64,000 nucleotides of DNA, taken from contig NC_043006.1 of the NCBI RefSeq assembly GCF_006345805.1, positions 19,468,001-19,532,000 on the forward strand, given 5' to 3'. Source of the stretch: Octopus sinensis. Taxonomy: Eukaryota. Within the stretch, counting starts at the first letter, position 1; each line of letters begins with the position of its first letter. Positions 63,345-64,000 of the stretch are shown piece after piece. Position numbers and translations under genes: made by a program. A model generated the notes under the pieces. It was not told where the DNA came from. It searched no databases and worked only from the letters and a program-made list of their open reading frames with translations.

Positions 63345-63812
63345 ATTTATGTTAACATCTGCTCAGCAGCTGCTTTCCAGACCAGCACACAGTTTCTCTT
63401 CTCTATCCCAAATCATCACATTAGGTCTGTTGTGCTTACACTTTATTGAGGTTTTTACTGAGAAATCTGCAGTTACTCTATCCAGATTGCAAATTCAGGT
63501 TTATACCTGTAATTATTGGAGCCCTGGGATATGTAACACATTGTCTAAATAGCAATCTTGAGAAATTAGGCTTCTCAAAACCAGAAAGGGGAAAGCTAAT
63601 CCGAAGATTACAAATCTGATCCATCACTGGAACTGTAAAAATCTTTAAAACTTTCCTGAAGTTTATCATTTGAATATATATTAGCATGTCGAGATATGCA
63701 ACTATATGCATGGGAATACATACATAAAACATGCAAATCTGCACATACATACACAACCCATACATACATACATACTCACAAACAAAAATACCCTGTTGTT
63801 GATATTGAAATT
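63345..63812 (+). mobile_element. R4/Dong 3' fragment with inverted 5' piece
   Basis: 63345-63456 is minus orientation; 63457-63812 is plus and mirrors about 62405-62850. Confidence 0.82.
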
Positions 63813-64000
63813 TTTCAGACACACTACCTAGGACTATTTTAACTAATGTGGCTTTCCTTTCTTATGATACCAGAGTTTCATTTGAAGAACTGACTGGTAT
63901 TTCAAATAGATAGAACTGCGTAAAGAAAAATTTCACAGAGCAGATTGAAAATCAAAGCTGTACCAGCAGTGATCATCCCTTTGTTGCTTCAGGTGTAAAT

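Overview
AT-rich eukaryotic genomic DNA, almost entirely transposon relics and microsatellites. The SINE set and (TA)n/(CATA)n/(AAT)n load resemble an octopus (coleoid cephalopod) genome; this is recognition of repeat style, not a database result. I find no intact host gene, and nearly all ORF-track entries are microsatellite or SINE noise. Recognisable content: three abundant tRNA-headed SINE families plus a fourth minor one; decayed LINEs (R4/Dong, RTE, CR1); Penelope-like elements (RT + GIY-YIG); a Tc1 (DD34E) and a mariner relic; a non-autonomous Helitron; and a Gypsy integrase fragment. The main unexplained signal is about a dozen short, non-coding, mutually divergent modules sitting in (TA)n tracts. 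Most carry a type I hammerhead ribozyme fold (11 candidate cores read by eye) and many are head-to-head foldbacks. Some show circularly permuted ~360-480 nt units and a shared CTAGACCRCTGG motif, and two carry a compensatory U3:A8 core variant. This looks like a (TA)n-targeted, Penelope-dependent retrozyme-like system. All folds, alignments and coordinates were done manually; boundaries are approximate (about 5-20 nt) and identity figures are estimates.
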